From positions 1 to 64,000 of the forward strand of contig JAPMXV010000044.1 of assembly GCA_026936335.1 (NCBI GenBank): a DNA stretch of 64,000 nt. The letters are read 5' to 3'. This document shows, one piece after another, positions 1-10,773 of this stretch; the first letter of the stretch is position 1, and each line of letters starts with the position of its first letter. The position numbers and the translations under genes were made by a program. Below the pieces are notes generated by a model. The model saw nothing but the letters and a program-made list of their open reading frames with translations, was not told where the DNA came from and did no database searches. This DNA is from Mantamonas sphyraenae STR306. Its lineage: Eukaryota; Protista; CRuMs.

Positions 1-165
1 CCTAACCCTAACCCTAACCCTAACCCTAACCCTAACCCTAACCCTAACCTAACCCTACCCTAACCCTAACCCTAACCCTAACCCTAACCTAACCCTAACC
101 CTAACCCTAACCCTAACCCTAACCCTAACCCTAACCCTAACCCTAACCCTAACCCTAACCCTAAC
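1..165. repeat. Telomeric repeat (CCCTAA)n, i.e. TTAGGG-type chromosome end
   Basis: Tandem CCCTAA from base 1 to ~165 with a few variant units (CCTAA, CCCTA). Confidence 0.98.
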
Positions 166-829
166 TGATCGCCCGTTGTGTATGTTTATTATGATGAGTC
201 CGGTCTATGTCAGGTGAGTTGTGCTTGTGTCTGCTGGCGGGGTGGCTGAGTTGGGTGGTGACATGGTGCTGTGGGCAATGTGTGGGAGTGGAAATGTCGC
301 TGGTGGGTGGCCGTCGTCCTGCAACGCCGCGCAGTCAGCTCTGCCCATCCCCCTTCAACCAAAATATCACCAACACCCACCACACCCTCCACCAGTCCAA
401 CACAATACACATACACTCCAGTACCACCATCACCACTATGGAAGAAGACTACTCAAAGACTCCGAAGCAACAACACACACCCAACACCTACCCAGCGTGC
501 GTTCTGCCTTCCACTCCGTTTTCTGACTGCCCGCTTCTCCCGCTTTCTTGCCTCCTCCATGCCTCCGTCGCTTCCCTGCACTCCTCTTCTGCATCTCCAC
601 TTCCCCATCACCACCGTTGCTGCCTTATCCGCTCTTCTCCGATCCCCTCTCCCCTGTCACTGCCCTCCCCGTTGCCAGTTTTCGCGTCTGCCAATCGCCT
701 CCGTTTTTCCCTCTCTGCTCGTTCCAGCCTCTCTTCACCCCGCTTCTGCCCTGACGGCGTCCATACCGCCTTCCGCTCACCGTTCCTACCTCGCCTTGCC
801 CCTCCCCGTTTCCCCACAGCTACGCGTAC

Positions 830-3800
830 ATGGTCCCTCCCATGGCTGCCCAGCCGTTTCCGAACATGCTGCCCGTTTTTGGCGTACAAAACCCGTACCA
901 GCACCCACAACCACCCATCATCTGGGTCCCTGTCAACACCCACCCCCAGCAGCACCACGCATATGCTCATCGGGGCCATCCATACTACGCCTACCCTCCT
1001 CCGCCGCCTCCCCAGCCGCGACAAACCGCCCAGATGCATTTCGCTCAGCTTCCGTTGCACTCTCCGCCTGCTCAACCCACCGGAAACCACAACCGCGTCC
1101 CAAAGCGCATCAGCCCTGCCTTTGTCGGAATCACACGGACCACATCCACCACCACATCGTCGTCCTCCTCCAACCAGGCCACACGGCAGACTGGAGACAG
1201 CGACGACGACGACGCAGACCAAGACACACACACACATGACACCGGCGACGTGGAGGACCTGATGTTCCTGAACTTTGGCCACCGTGAACCACGGTCAATC
1301 ACCAGCAACTCTGAGTGGATGACCAGCTCATGGATGGAGGCGTACGAAGAAGACGGCGAGGCCAACGACGCGACCCAGCAGCACGTGGACGACGAGTTGG
1401 AAACTCAGGGCCCACTCAGCATTGCAGACACTGATGATGCCATGGATGAGGAGTACATGCTGCAAGACGACAGCGACGACGACACGGACGACATGGAGCA
1501 GGAGGACACGGATGAATGGCAGTCGAGGCGCACAAGCAGAGGCCACAGACGACGTCGCAGAGGCCACACCAGCCGTCGTACTGGTCCACAAACGAAGAAT
1601 GGCAGCGGACAGCGCAGGCTCAGGGTGACGGCTGGCAGTGGCACGGAGACAGGAACGTCGAGCACACGGGCAAGGAGGTCCAGGAACGGAGACAACGGCG
1701 CACGGAGGAACGCAGGCGTGAAAAAGACGAACAAGTTGCCAGATGGTGTTGTGCGCAAAGGGTGGTCGTACAACTGCAGTGACGAGCGCAGCCACAGCAA
1801 CATGAAGGAGCACACGGCACTGCTGAAGCACATGCACACCCTGGCCAACGAGCATCCCATCGACAACATCACTGACCTCATGGCCCTGCAGGCGCGTGTT
1901 GCGGTCTGCCATGGCACCCTGAACACGCTCATCCGACAGATTCAGCTCGCTATGGGCAACATTCTTCTTTCCCAGGGCGACATGGCCTTCTGCCTCACCC
2001 TTCTCGGCCGAGACGTGGATCAACATGCGTGCAGTGCTGCCATCCCCCACGCTGGTTTGGCCACGGGTGTGACAGAGGCTGGGTTGAAGGTGTGCTGGCT
2101 GGAGGAGCCGCACGACCACGGCGACCCCAACTACGCCCTTCTCCACCTCCTCATGACAGAGATGGACACCCTTGGTGACAGGCCCCATCCCAGCACCTGG
2201 AAGGAGCTCGAGCAGACCCAGCAGTGGCTGCAGGAAGCACGACGCCCTGCTGACAACGACAGCGACCCACACTGGACACAATGCGACTACGACCACCACC
2301 TCACCACCGACAAGGTGTACACGTGGCATCCTGAGTCTGTGCGCAGTATCTGGTGCACGACCGCAGACGAGCGTGGCAGCTGCACGGCGCGGGAGTTCCA
2401 GACGCTGCTGGCACACATGAAGGCACGTGCAGCCAAGCACCCTCGCCATCAGCACGCTCACGAGTACCAGGCACTGCGTGAGCTGATCAACAACGGAAGC
2501 AAGCTGTCCCTGCTGCGACACATCATCCTGGCGCTGGGCAACGTTGGCGTTGCGCCTGTCGACTTGGCCTTCTTTGTCCGCCTCCTCAGGCCACGCCTCA
2601 CGTACAAGCTGGTCTGCCCTGCCATCAGCAACACCCTCTCGCGCGGCGTCACCTCCCTCTCCCTCAAGATCGCCTGGCTCGACAACCCCAAACCCAGCGA
2701 CGCCACACTGCACACCCTCCTCCACACCCTCATCGACCGCATCACACCCCACATCACCACCCGCCCCACCACCGTCGACGCCGTCAACTCCCTCTGCATC
2801 ACCGAGCTTGTTCTTCCTGAGCCAACTGAGGAGGAGAAGATGGCCGTGGAGGATGGACTGCCAGATGGCGTTGTGCGCAGTGGCTGGACGCACTGGCGCA
2901 TGAGCGAGCGCAGCCGCAGCAACAAGAAGGAGCACGCGGCACTGCTCAACCACATGCACACTCTGGCCAACGAGCATCCCATCGATAACCTCCTCGACCT
3001 CATGACCCAGCAGGCGCGTGTTGTGGTCTGCCATGGCACCCTGAACACGCTGATCCGACAGATTCAGCTCGCTCTGGGCAACATTCCCCTCTCCCAGGGC
3101 GACATGGCCTTCTGTCTCACCCTTCTCGGCCGTGACATGGATCAACAGGCGTGCAGCCTTGCCATCCCCCACGCTGGTCTGGCCATGGGTGTGACCAAGG
3201 CTGGGTTGAAGGTGTGCTGGCTGGAGGAGCCACACGACCACGGCGACCCCAACTACGCCCTCCTCCACCTGCTCATGACAGAGATGGACACTCTTGGCGA
3301 CAGGCCCCATCCCACCACCTGGAAGGAGCACAAGCAGACCCAGCTGTGGCTGCAGAAAGCACGACGCCCTGCTGACGACGACAGCGACCCACACTGGACA
3401 CAATGCGACTACGACCACCACCCCACCACCACCAACGTGGAACAGTGGCATCCCGAGTCCGTGCGCAGTGGCTGGAGCAAAGCCCCCTGCGACGAGCGTG
3501 GCAGCTGCACGACGCGGGAGTTCCAGACGCTGCTGGCACACATGAAGGCACGCGCAGCCAAGCACCCTCACCATCAGCACACAAATGAGCACCAGGCACT
3601 GCAGGAGCTGATCAACAACGGCAGCCTGCTGTCCCTGCTGCGACACATCATCCTGGCGCTGGGCAACTATGGCGTGCCGCCTGTTGACCTGGCCTTTTTT
3701 GTCCGCCTCCTCAGGCCACACCTCGCCTACAAGCAGGTTCAACTTGCCATCAGCGCAACCCTCACCAGCGGCGTCACCTCCCTCTCCCTCAAGATCGCCT

Positions 3801-4015
3801 GGCTCGACAAGCCCAAACCCAGCGACGCCACACTGCACAGCCTCCTCCACACCCTCATCGACCGCATCACACCCCACATCACCACACGCCCCACCACCAC
3901 CGCGCTCGTCAACGCCTACCCCATCCCCTCTTTCACCCTCCCCAAGCGCAAAGACCCTTCCTCCTCCTCCTCCTTCTCGTCCTCCTCCTCCTCCAAACGC
4001 CAACGCCTCGAATGA
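830..4015 (+). CDS. Subtelomeric hypothetical protein with acidic/low-complexity N-terminus and two tandem ~370-aa homologous modules
   Basis: 1061-aa ORF. The LPDGVVR[KS]GW...HTLIDRITPHITTRPTT module occurs twice (~1736-2810 and ~2858-3935). True start uncertain. Confidence 0.75.
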   Translation: MVPPMAAQPFPNMLPVFGVQNPYQHPQPPIIWVPVNTHPQQHHAYAHRGHPYYAYPPPPPPQPRQTAQMHFAQLPLHSPPAQPTGNHNRVPKRISPAFVGITRTTSTTTSSSSSNQATRQTGDSDDDDADQDTHTHDTGDVEDLMFLNFGHREPRSITSNSEWMTSSWMEAYEEDGEANDATQQHVDDELETQGPLSIADTDDAMDEEYMLQDDSDDDTDDMEQEDTDEWQSRRTSRGHRRRRRGHTSRRTGPQTKNGSGQRRLRVTAGSGTETGTSSTRARRSRNGDNGARRNAGVKKTNKLPDGVVRKGWSYNCSDERSHSNMKEHTALLKHMHTLANEHPIDNITDLMALQARVAVCHGTLNTLIRQIQLAMGNILLSQGDMAFCLTLLGRDVDQHACSAAIPHAGLATGVTEAGLKVCWLEEPHDHGDPNYALLHLLMTEMDTLGDRPHPSTWKELEQTQQWLQEARRPADNDSDPHWTQCDYDHHLTTDKVYTWHPESVRSIWCTTADERGSCTAREFQTLLAHMKARAAKHPRHQHAHEYQALRELINNGSKLSLLRHIILALGNVGVAPVDLAFFVRLLRPRLTYKLVCPAISNTLSRGVTSLSLKIAWLDNPKPSDATLHTLLHTLIDRITPHITTRPTTVDAVNSLCITELVLPEPTEEEKMAVEDGLPDGVVRSGWTHWRMSERSRSNKKEHAALLNHMHTLANEHPIDNLLDLMTQQARVVVCHGTLNTLIRQIQLALGNIPLSQGDMAFCLTLLGRDMDQQACSLAIPHAGLAMGVTKAGLKVCWLEEPHDHGDPNYALLHLLMTEMDTLGDRPHPTTWKEHKQTQLWLQKARRPADDDSDPHWTQCDYDHHPTTTNVEQWHPESVRSGWSKAPCDERGSCTTREFQTLLAHMKARAAKHPHHQHTNEHQALQELINNGSLLSLLRHIILALGNYGVPPVDLAFFVRLLRPHLAYKQVQLAISATLTSGVTSLSLKIAWLDKPKPSDATLHSLLHTLIDRITPHITTRPTTTALVNAYPIPSFTLPKRKDPSSSSSFSSSSSSKRQRLE

Positions 4016-4028
4016 ACCACCCTTTCAT

Positions 4029-4976
4029 TCACATACCCTCTGATTCCCTCTTCCCTCCAATCCACCCAACCACCCTCTCCATCACCTCATACGGGAGTGT
4101 CACCCACCCTTCCCACCCTCTCTCCTCCACATACTCCTCCATCCCACCACACTCAAACATCACCTCCCTTCCCCCCTCGTTCATCATCAACGCTACCTCC
4201 ATCGCCTCATCCACCTGTACACCCATCCGTGCCAGATAACTTGTCTAATTGCCGCACGTCCGCAACGCTTTAGCGATGTCAGCATAGTCTCCACTCTTCA
4301 ACAGTGGGACCCAGTCGTTCCGCGTGGTGCTCATCGACATTTGTGCTTCTGGTGGCGTTTCCCTGCTGAAGAGAACCCCACCCTATCAAGACGGAAGGGA
4401 AGTGATCAGGAATTGTGGGCGCGCTTTTGGCGTGGTGGCCAGCAGGCGGTGGTGGAATACAATGCGATGAACGATTGTTCAGGGATTACTGCCTCTACTC
4501 TTGAGGCCCTTGAACAGGTCCGTGCGTCGGTAGATGTATCGGGAGCCGTACCCAGCTCCCAAGGCGAGACCAACGTACCCCACCGTGCGCTCCGACGGTA
4601 TTCCGACACGGTACCACAACCACTTGGACACAGTCAATCCCTCAATGCAAACCTCCGTAATCCATGTGTTGTAGTGGAACGCAACGCCTTTGATCGCCTC
4701 CCTTTCGTCTTCCGTGAGCAACTTGAACCCCTTCACCTTGCCCACCAACTCCGTGTCGCCAATCTTTTCTTCAATTCGCGTTCGCAAGAGAGTGAATGCC
4801 CTGGCAAACCTTCCTCCGCTTGCCTCGCATGCCGAGCCGTTGAGGACCTCCGCGATCCAATGGGCTCCGAGCTCCGTGGGCGGCACACTGGCTTGGGCGC
4901 TGAGAATGTTGAGCAACGTGGACTGGCATTTAACTTGAGCGGTGGCATCGCTGGACGTGTTGTCTGATGTGGTCAT
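4029..4976 (-). pseudogene. Possible spliced or disrupted gene sharing a C-terminal segment with the neighbouring LRR-ankyrin gene
   Basis: 4029-4226 encodes VDEAMEVALMMNEGGREVMFECGGMEEYVEERGWEGWVTLPYEVMERVVGW, nearly identical to the C-terminus of ORF 5169-6299. An upstream minus-strand ORF lies at 4479-4976. Confidence 0.4.
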
Positions 4977-5168
4977 TGTTGCGTTGTGTCAGCCGTCGAT
5001 CCAGTCGCCCGTTCCTGTCCAAAAAGACCAACTCTGACCAAGACCGCAGCCCCAATCCGATTGAGCGGTTGTTTAGCGATGGCGACGTGTATGCGTGTGT
5101 TTCCAGACCTTCCTGGACGTGCGCCTCGAGTGAACCACCCCACCCTTTCATTCTCACACCCTCCCCCC

Positions 5169-6299
5169 TCACCCTCCCCTCCCCACCCACTGCACCACCC
5201 TCTCCATCACCTCATCCGGCAGTGTCACCCATCCTTCCCACCCTCCTCTCTCCACATACTCCTCCATCCCACCACACGCAAACATCACCTCCCTCTCCTC
5301 CCCATTCATCACCAACGCCACCTCCATCGCCTCATCCACCTCCCCACACCACCCAATCCAATGCCACTCCTTCCTCCACCCTGCCTCCCTCACCATCTCC
5401 ATGGCGCCGTCAAACGCCCACGTGGAAAACCTCCTCACCCACGCGCGCGCCCCAACCTCCCGCAACACACAAACAACCTCGTCCTGCCTCTCCCTCACCG
5501 CCTCCATCAGTGGAGTGTACCCTGCTCTCCCACTGTGGCCGAGTGTGTCCGGTGTCACGCCCCACCTGGCCCATTCACGAATCCGGGAAACGTCCCCGTC
5601 CTTGCATGCCTCTCGAAACGCTCCCGCTGCGTCCAGGTGCATCTGCAGGACCTTCCTAAGCCCACTCGTCACACCCAATCCGCTCACGCTGCACAGGCTC
5701 CTGCACTGCACGGCCGCATCTGCAAGCGCTTCCCAACCGTCCTCTCCAACAAAGTTCCTTCCACAGTGCAGCTGCTCCAGACCCGGCCACAGCACACTTG
5801 CCAGAGCCACGGCCCCCACCGACCCCATGGAATTCCCACTCAAGCCGACGTTGACCAGCTGCGGCTTGCACAACCCGCCAGCCACTCCTTCCACAAAGGC
5901 CTGCACCCCTTCATCACCCAGACCACAGTCTGCCAGCGCCAACCACCGCATGCGCGACCCTGGCCTACAGACCGCCTCTCCCAACGCCTTTGCGCCCGCG
6001 GTTCCCACCGCGTTGCCACTCAGGTCCACCCACTGCAGCTTCTGGTTCACCGCAATCATTTCCGCCAGCGCCACTGCCCCTCTGGGTCCTATTCTATTGT
6101 TTTTCGCAATCAGTTGAACCAACCACTGCCCTTGTTTCATCGCCAAGGCGAGGTTTTCTGCGCCCTCGTCCTCGATGCAATTCCAATGCAGGTCCCCAAT
6201 CTCCCTGCAGTTCAAAATCCTCTCACGTGCCGCTTCCACCTCGCTTTGACAATGCACAGTCCAACTCTTCATTGCAATTCTTTGTCTTTCCTCGCGCAT
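5169..6299 (-). CDS. RNI-like leucine-rich repeat protein with an ankyrin-like repeat
   Basis: LRR motifs (LQWVDLSGNAVGTAGAKALGEA, LALADCGLGDEG, VGLSGNSMGSVGAVALA) and GYTPLMEAV. Confidence 0.8.
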   Translation of the reverse strand: MREERQRIAMKSWTVHCQSEVEAARERILNCREIGDLHWNCIEDEGAENLALAMKQGQWLVQLIAKNNRIGPRGAVALAEMIAVNQKLQWVDLSGNAVGTAGAKALGEAVCRPGSRMRWLALADCGLGDEGVQAFVEGVAGGLCKPQLVNVGLSGNSMGSVGAVALASVLWPGLEQLHCGRNFVGEDGWEALADAAVQCRSLCSVSGLGVTSGLRKVLQMHLDAAGAFREACKDGDVSRIREWARWGVTPDTLGHSGRAGYTPLMEAVRERQDEVVCVLREVGARAWVRRFSTWAFDGAMEMVREAGWRKEWHWIGWCGEVDEAMEVALVMNGEEREVMFACGGMEEYVERGGWEGWVTLPDEVMERVVQWVGRGG

Positions 6300-6438
6300 C
6301 GGTCGTGTCGCAAGCGGCGTCTGCCCCGGCCGCCCCTCACTCTCCCAGGCGACTCAAATGCAAGCATTCAAAAACCCGCGCTGCTTGTTACTCAATCAGG
6401 AGTTGCACACCACCCCAACTCACCCCAATTCAACCCCC

Positions 6439-8178
6439 TCAAAGCCCTTTGCGCCACGACGGCGTTGCGCGGCTCCCCACAACCTGAATATTCCCACTCC
6501 CCCTGCCTCCCGTCCCACTTTCATCCTTCACCACGCTAAACTTGTGCTGCAGAGCCACCGTGTTTCGCGTCAGCCGCTCGGGATCGCGCTTGGCCGTCAC
6601 TTGCGGCTTTGCTGCCTCCATCAACAGCTCCTGCCTCTTTTTCGCCTTTTCCGCAGCCATCCGCTTCGCAGCAAGCTTCTCTGCGCGCTCCAACGCAATC
6701 CTACGATCTCGTTCCTGCAGCCTCTGCTGCGCCGCTGCACGCTGCTTCCCCGTCAGCGTCTCCTTGTGCCGCTGTTCGCTTTCCTTGATCTTTGCCTGGA
6801 TCTCCCGCAGCCGCTTCTCGTCCGCACGCCTTTCTTCCAGCTGTCGCTTCACGCTGGCTCGCCTTTCTCTCTGTTCTCGCCTGCGCGCTGCTGCCTCCTC
6901 GCGCTTCCGTTCCTCCTCCTCCTGCTCCCGAAGCACCGCCTCCATCTCCTCCGCCTGCTTCTGTTCCTTCCACGCTGCAATCTCTCGCTTCTTCCGTTGC
7001 CTTTCTGCCCTCTTGCGTGCACGCGCACGTTTCTTTGCCTCGGCCTCCTCCTCCTGTGCCTTTGCCAACTCCTCCATGTTTTCCTGCTTCTCGTTCTCCT
7101 TGGCCTCACGCCACGCGCGGATGGCTCGCTTCTTCTTGTCTCCCAGGATGCAGTATGTATCCCACCAGTCGCAGTGTGCCGCAACGCTCTCCGGCGTCTG
7201 GTATGGAAACTGCGCTGCCATCCGTTCGTAAAACTCCTCATCCCGCCCCTTTTGAAGCAACGGCTGCATCTTGCTGTAGAGCGCCACAAACGACGCCTGC
7301 TCTTTCTCTTGCCATCCACCTGTATGCCCTCCGTTTTCCTTCACAAACCGATCAAACACAACCACTTCCTTCGGCTTTGTCTTGTCGCTTCGTTCACTCG
7401 TCCCGCTTTCCCCACTTGCCACAGACTCCCGCCGGCCCACACTCCTCCGTTTCTTCCTTTCGCCTCTGTTTGCTGCCCCCCCGTCGTCGTCCCTCCGGCT
7501 CCCATGCCCGGCGGCGTGCGACGCCAACTCGTCCCAGTCGTCCGACGCAAACCGCGCTGCATACGCGGCCACTTCTCGTTCCAACAGGTTCTCCTGTGCA
7601 ATCAACGACTCGTACGCCCCTCGCTGTGTCTCCTTGAACCCCAGCAGTGCGCTTTCCGCGTCCTCCAGCACCCGTTGCAACTCCTCCACCTCTGTATCTC
7701 CCCTCTGTGCCCTGCCAACCACCTCACGCACCTCCACCATGCACTCTCGGATCTGTCCCAGCTCCCCCCGCAGCCCTGCCGTCTCTTCCTCCACTGCTTC
7801 CTCGTACGCCGCCCGAAGTTTCTCCAGCGCGCCCATTTCTCGTTTCACTTCCGCCACCTTGCTGCGCACCGTGCACATGGCCAGTCTTCGCTCCACGCCC
7901 ATCATCTCCTGCTCAATTTGTCGCTTCTCCTTGCGCCACTCTGCCTTTGCGCTTCCCTCTCGCCGATCCATACGCTGCTCAAACAACGCCAGTTCCTCAA
8001 GCCGCGCCGTCTGTGCTGCCAGCGCCCCCTCCACATCCCCGTGAGCTTCTCCCTCCTCCATGCCCCATGCTTCCCGCCTCTTGCGCGATTCTCGCTGCTG
8101 GGATAGCCGTCCCGTCTCCTCTCGCCCCTCCTGTGCCTCCTGCTCCTCCTCGTAACGGTGCCGCGCACGCCCGCTCAT
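6439..8178 (-). CDS. CCDC112-like coiled-coil protein
   Basis: Long E/K/R-rich coiled coil, GGHTGGW motif, C-terminal RDPERLTRNT...RATPSWRKGL. Start placed at MSGRAR (8178) because the upstream part of the ORF is antisense to the TrmL-like gene. Confidence 0.65.
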   Translation of the reverse strand: MSGRARHRYEEEQEAQEGREETGRLSQQRESRKRREAWGMEEGEAHGDVEGALAAQTARLEELALFEQRMDRREGSAKAEWRKEKRQIEQEMMGVERRLAMCTVRSKVAEVKREMGALEKLRAAYEEAVEEETAGLRGELGQIRECMVEVREVVGRAQRGDTEVEELQRVLEDAESALLGFKETQRGAYESLIAQENLLEREVAAYAARFASDDWDELASHAAGHGSRRDDDGGAANRGERKKRRSVGRRESVASGESGTSERSDKTKPKEVVVFDRFVKENGGHTGGWQEKEQASFVALYSKMQPLLQKGRDEEFYERMAAQFPYQTPESVAAHCDWWDTYCILGDKKKRAIRAWREAKENEKQENMEELAKAQEEEAEAKKRARARKRAERQRKKREIAAWKEQKQAEEMEAVLREQEEEERKREEAAARRREQRERRASVKRQLEERRADEKRLREIQAKIKESEQRHKETLTGKQRAAAQQRLQERDRRIALERAEKLAAKRMAAEKAKKRQELLMEAAKPQVTAKRDPERLTRNTVALQHKFSVVKDESGTGGRGSGNIQVVGSRATPSWRKGL

Positions 8179-8226
8179 CGTCTTTGCTTGCCTCACTCCG
8201 CGCAACCGGGCCCAACCCATGTCCCC

Positions 8227-8784
8227 ATGCCCTCCTCCCAGCCCCTTCGCATTGTCCTCTTCCAACCTCAAATCCCTGCAAACACAGGAAACGTTGCACG
8301 CCTCTGCCTCGGCCTCGACGCAGAGCTCGTCCTGATCGGCAAACTCGGCTTCGACCTCTCCGACCGCATGATCAAACGAGCTGCCAGCGGCGAGGCACAG
8401 CTCCAACGTCAGCTCCAGCGCACCCGCCACTTTCCATCCATGCTCGACTACGTTGCCGCAGACCAGCCCGACCACATTGTGGCATCCACCAAGTTTGCCA
8501 CACGCCGCCACTGGGACATCTCCTTTCGCCGCAACGACCATGTCGCCCTCCTCTTTGGCAGCGAAACAGACGGCCTGCGCGCTGCCTCTCTGCCCGACTC
8601 TCTCTTTGATGACCGCCTCGACATCTGGGGCGACAACCACCCCTCTGCCAACGCCCTCCGCCACGCCTCTCCCCACACACTCTGGCAACGTGCCTCCATC
8701 CACATGTCCCGCGATGTCCGCTCCCTCAACCTGTCCAACTCTGTCGCCATCGTCGCATACCACGCTCTGGAACAAATTCTCTAG
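8227..8784 (+). CDS. SpoU/TrmL-family tRNA 2'-O-methyltransferase
   Basis: IVLFQPQIPANTGNVARLC, LLFGSETDGL, VRSLNLSNSVAIVAYHAL: SPOUT motifs typical of TrmL. Confidence 0.88.
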   Translation: MPSSQPLRIVLFQPQIPANTGNVARLCLGLDAELVLIGKLGFDLSDRMIKRAASGEAQLQRQLQRTRHFPSMLDYVAADQPDHIVASTKFATRRHWDISFRRNDHVALLFGSETDGLRAASLPDSLFDDRLDIWGDNHPSANALRHASPHTLWQRASIHMSRDVRSLNLSNSVAIVAYHALEQIL

Positions 8785-8802
8785 GTTCATTTCGCCTCCC
8801 CT

Positions 8803-10753
8803 TCACCACACGTTGTACTGCGCATCCATCTGCTCCGCCAGGTTCGGGTTGTTTTGGCGCAGAACCTGCGGTTGCTCCACGTACGCCACAAACAGCGTGG
8901 TCACGCCCGAGTTGACGCTCTCCAGCGTGATCCGCGTGATGGCATAGCCCATGATCAGGCCCACCACACCGCTAATTCCCCAGAAAAGCAGGTTCAATGT
9001 CACCGACGAATCCGGCCACTGCGCATACGCAACCAGCACGCCAATGGCGGCCGTCACCACGCCGCCAAAGATGGCCCCCATCGCAAGCACGTTGTCAATC
9101 AGGTCGTCGTTGATAATCGCCTCCCAGCCGCTGCTCTTGAACAGCTCCCACGTCGACGTCGCCGCCTCCTTGAAAGGCTTGCCGTAGATGGCCACCTGCA
9201 CGTAAGCCCAGTGGTTAAAGTACTGCACCAGATCGTCCAGGCAGCGCAGGATGCTCAGGCAGATGCACGCCAGGATGCTCTCCTCGTCCGACACAGAGTT
9301 CACAATCGTACGCAGCAGCTTGATGATCGCAATGATCATCGACCCAAAACAGATGCTTCCAAACGAGTACGTGGTCGCCCGCTTCAGCGACTTGGCCGTC
9401 GGGTTCTCCGGCACTCCCTCGTCCGTCCCGCTCATAAAGTACCAGGTTGCGTACGTGCCACTGCAGGTCACGTGCAGTGTGTTCTTGATCACCTGGGCGC
9501 CCCAGTAGTACGTAAACAGGATGTAAAACTGAGCCAGTCCGCTGTCCTGGTGAACGGCAAACGCAAGCACAAACAGCGCCGTCCACACCACAGACACGAG
9601 CACCGTTGCAAAGCTGATGGTGATCATCTGCGGGTACATCTTTGTCACCTGCGTCACGGTGCGCAGCACCAGCGCGGCAAACGGCACACGGCGTCGCACA
9701 CGCCAGTAGAAGTAGCACACAATCAGCAGCACCAGGATGCTAAAGATGATGCCCATCACGTTGGTAAACACAATGTTCACCAACACCAGCACCGCCGCAA
9801 ACACAATGCTCAGCCACATGCCCAGCTTGATCAGAAACTCCGTGTTCTCAATCATCGCCTTCAGCCACAGCGCCGCAAAAATGCCCGCCACAACCACGCA
9901 CACCACAAGCGATACTGCCAACTTCTGCATGTCACCTGTGCATACACAAGCGTCAGTCGTGCCCGTCCTCTCCTGTGCCCTTCACCCTCTCTCTCTCTCT
10001 CTCTCTCTCGTCCGTCCACTCACTGGGATCAACCCCCGTCGTGCTTGCGTTCGTCCCCTGCGGCGCGCCCAGACGCCCGATGTTTGCAAACATCAGGATC
10101 AGCATGCCCAGCACAAACAGCACAAACAGCACCGCAAACCCGACGTCGTTGTACGTCGCTCCGTCCTTGAACCGCTGTGTCCCGAACTTTCCGTGTCAAC
10201 TTTTTCCGTCCACTTTTCGCTCCCCTCTCGTTCACCCGTCTCATCCTCCCCTGCCCACGTTCTCCCTGTCCACGCCCACCCCGTACTCTCTTCCCATCCA
10301 TTGACTGCCCCCGCAACGCCCCCCAACCCCGCTCCCACCCACCGTGCACCTCTACCTGACCACTTCCACTTTCCCATTGCCGCGAAAACGCTCCGCCATT
10401 TTTTTCCCACGACTCACCTCCCCCTGCGCTCCTGCGCCAGTCAGGCGCTGCTTGCCCGACTCCCCGCCGTCATGATGATTCCCGTTGTAGTTCTGGTTGT
10501 AGTTGTTGTTCCCTCCGCCGAACGACTGGTTATACTGCTGCTGAGGAGCAGGCTGGCCCACGTACGCGTTTTGATGCTGATGCTGCTGCTGAGGTGCCTG
10601 CGCGTACGCTGGCGTCTGCTGCTGCAGCGGAAAGCCATTCTGGTCCACCAGCTGCCCTTGTCCATTCACTGCACGTCCATACTGATCCACGTAGATCGGC
10701 TGTCCTTGTGCCTGATGCTGCTGCTGCGGTTGCCCGTAGTACCCTGAACTCAT
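8803..10753 (-). CDS. Choline transporter-like (CTL/SLC44/PNS1) membrane protein, spliced
   Basis: SFGSICFGS, YFNHWAYVQVAIYGKPF, IINDDL and multiple TM segments. Q/Y-rich first exon starts MSSGYYGQPQQ at 10753. Confidence 0.85.
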
Positions 10754-10773
10754 CGTCGTCTGACTTTTCTTGT

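Noticed and set aside
1328-4003. 891-aa minus-strand ORF and other long antisense ORFs (e.g. 6358-8106, 33449-35146, 57387-58946)
   Set aside because: These are shadow frames of GC-rich real genes with no recognisable motifs.
8179-8790. N-terminal ~200 aa of ORF 6439-8790
   Set aside because: It is the antisense shadow of the TrmL-like gene; the real start is probably 8178.
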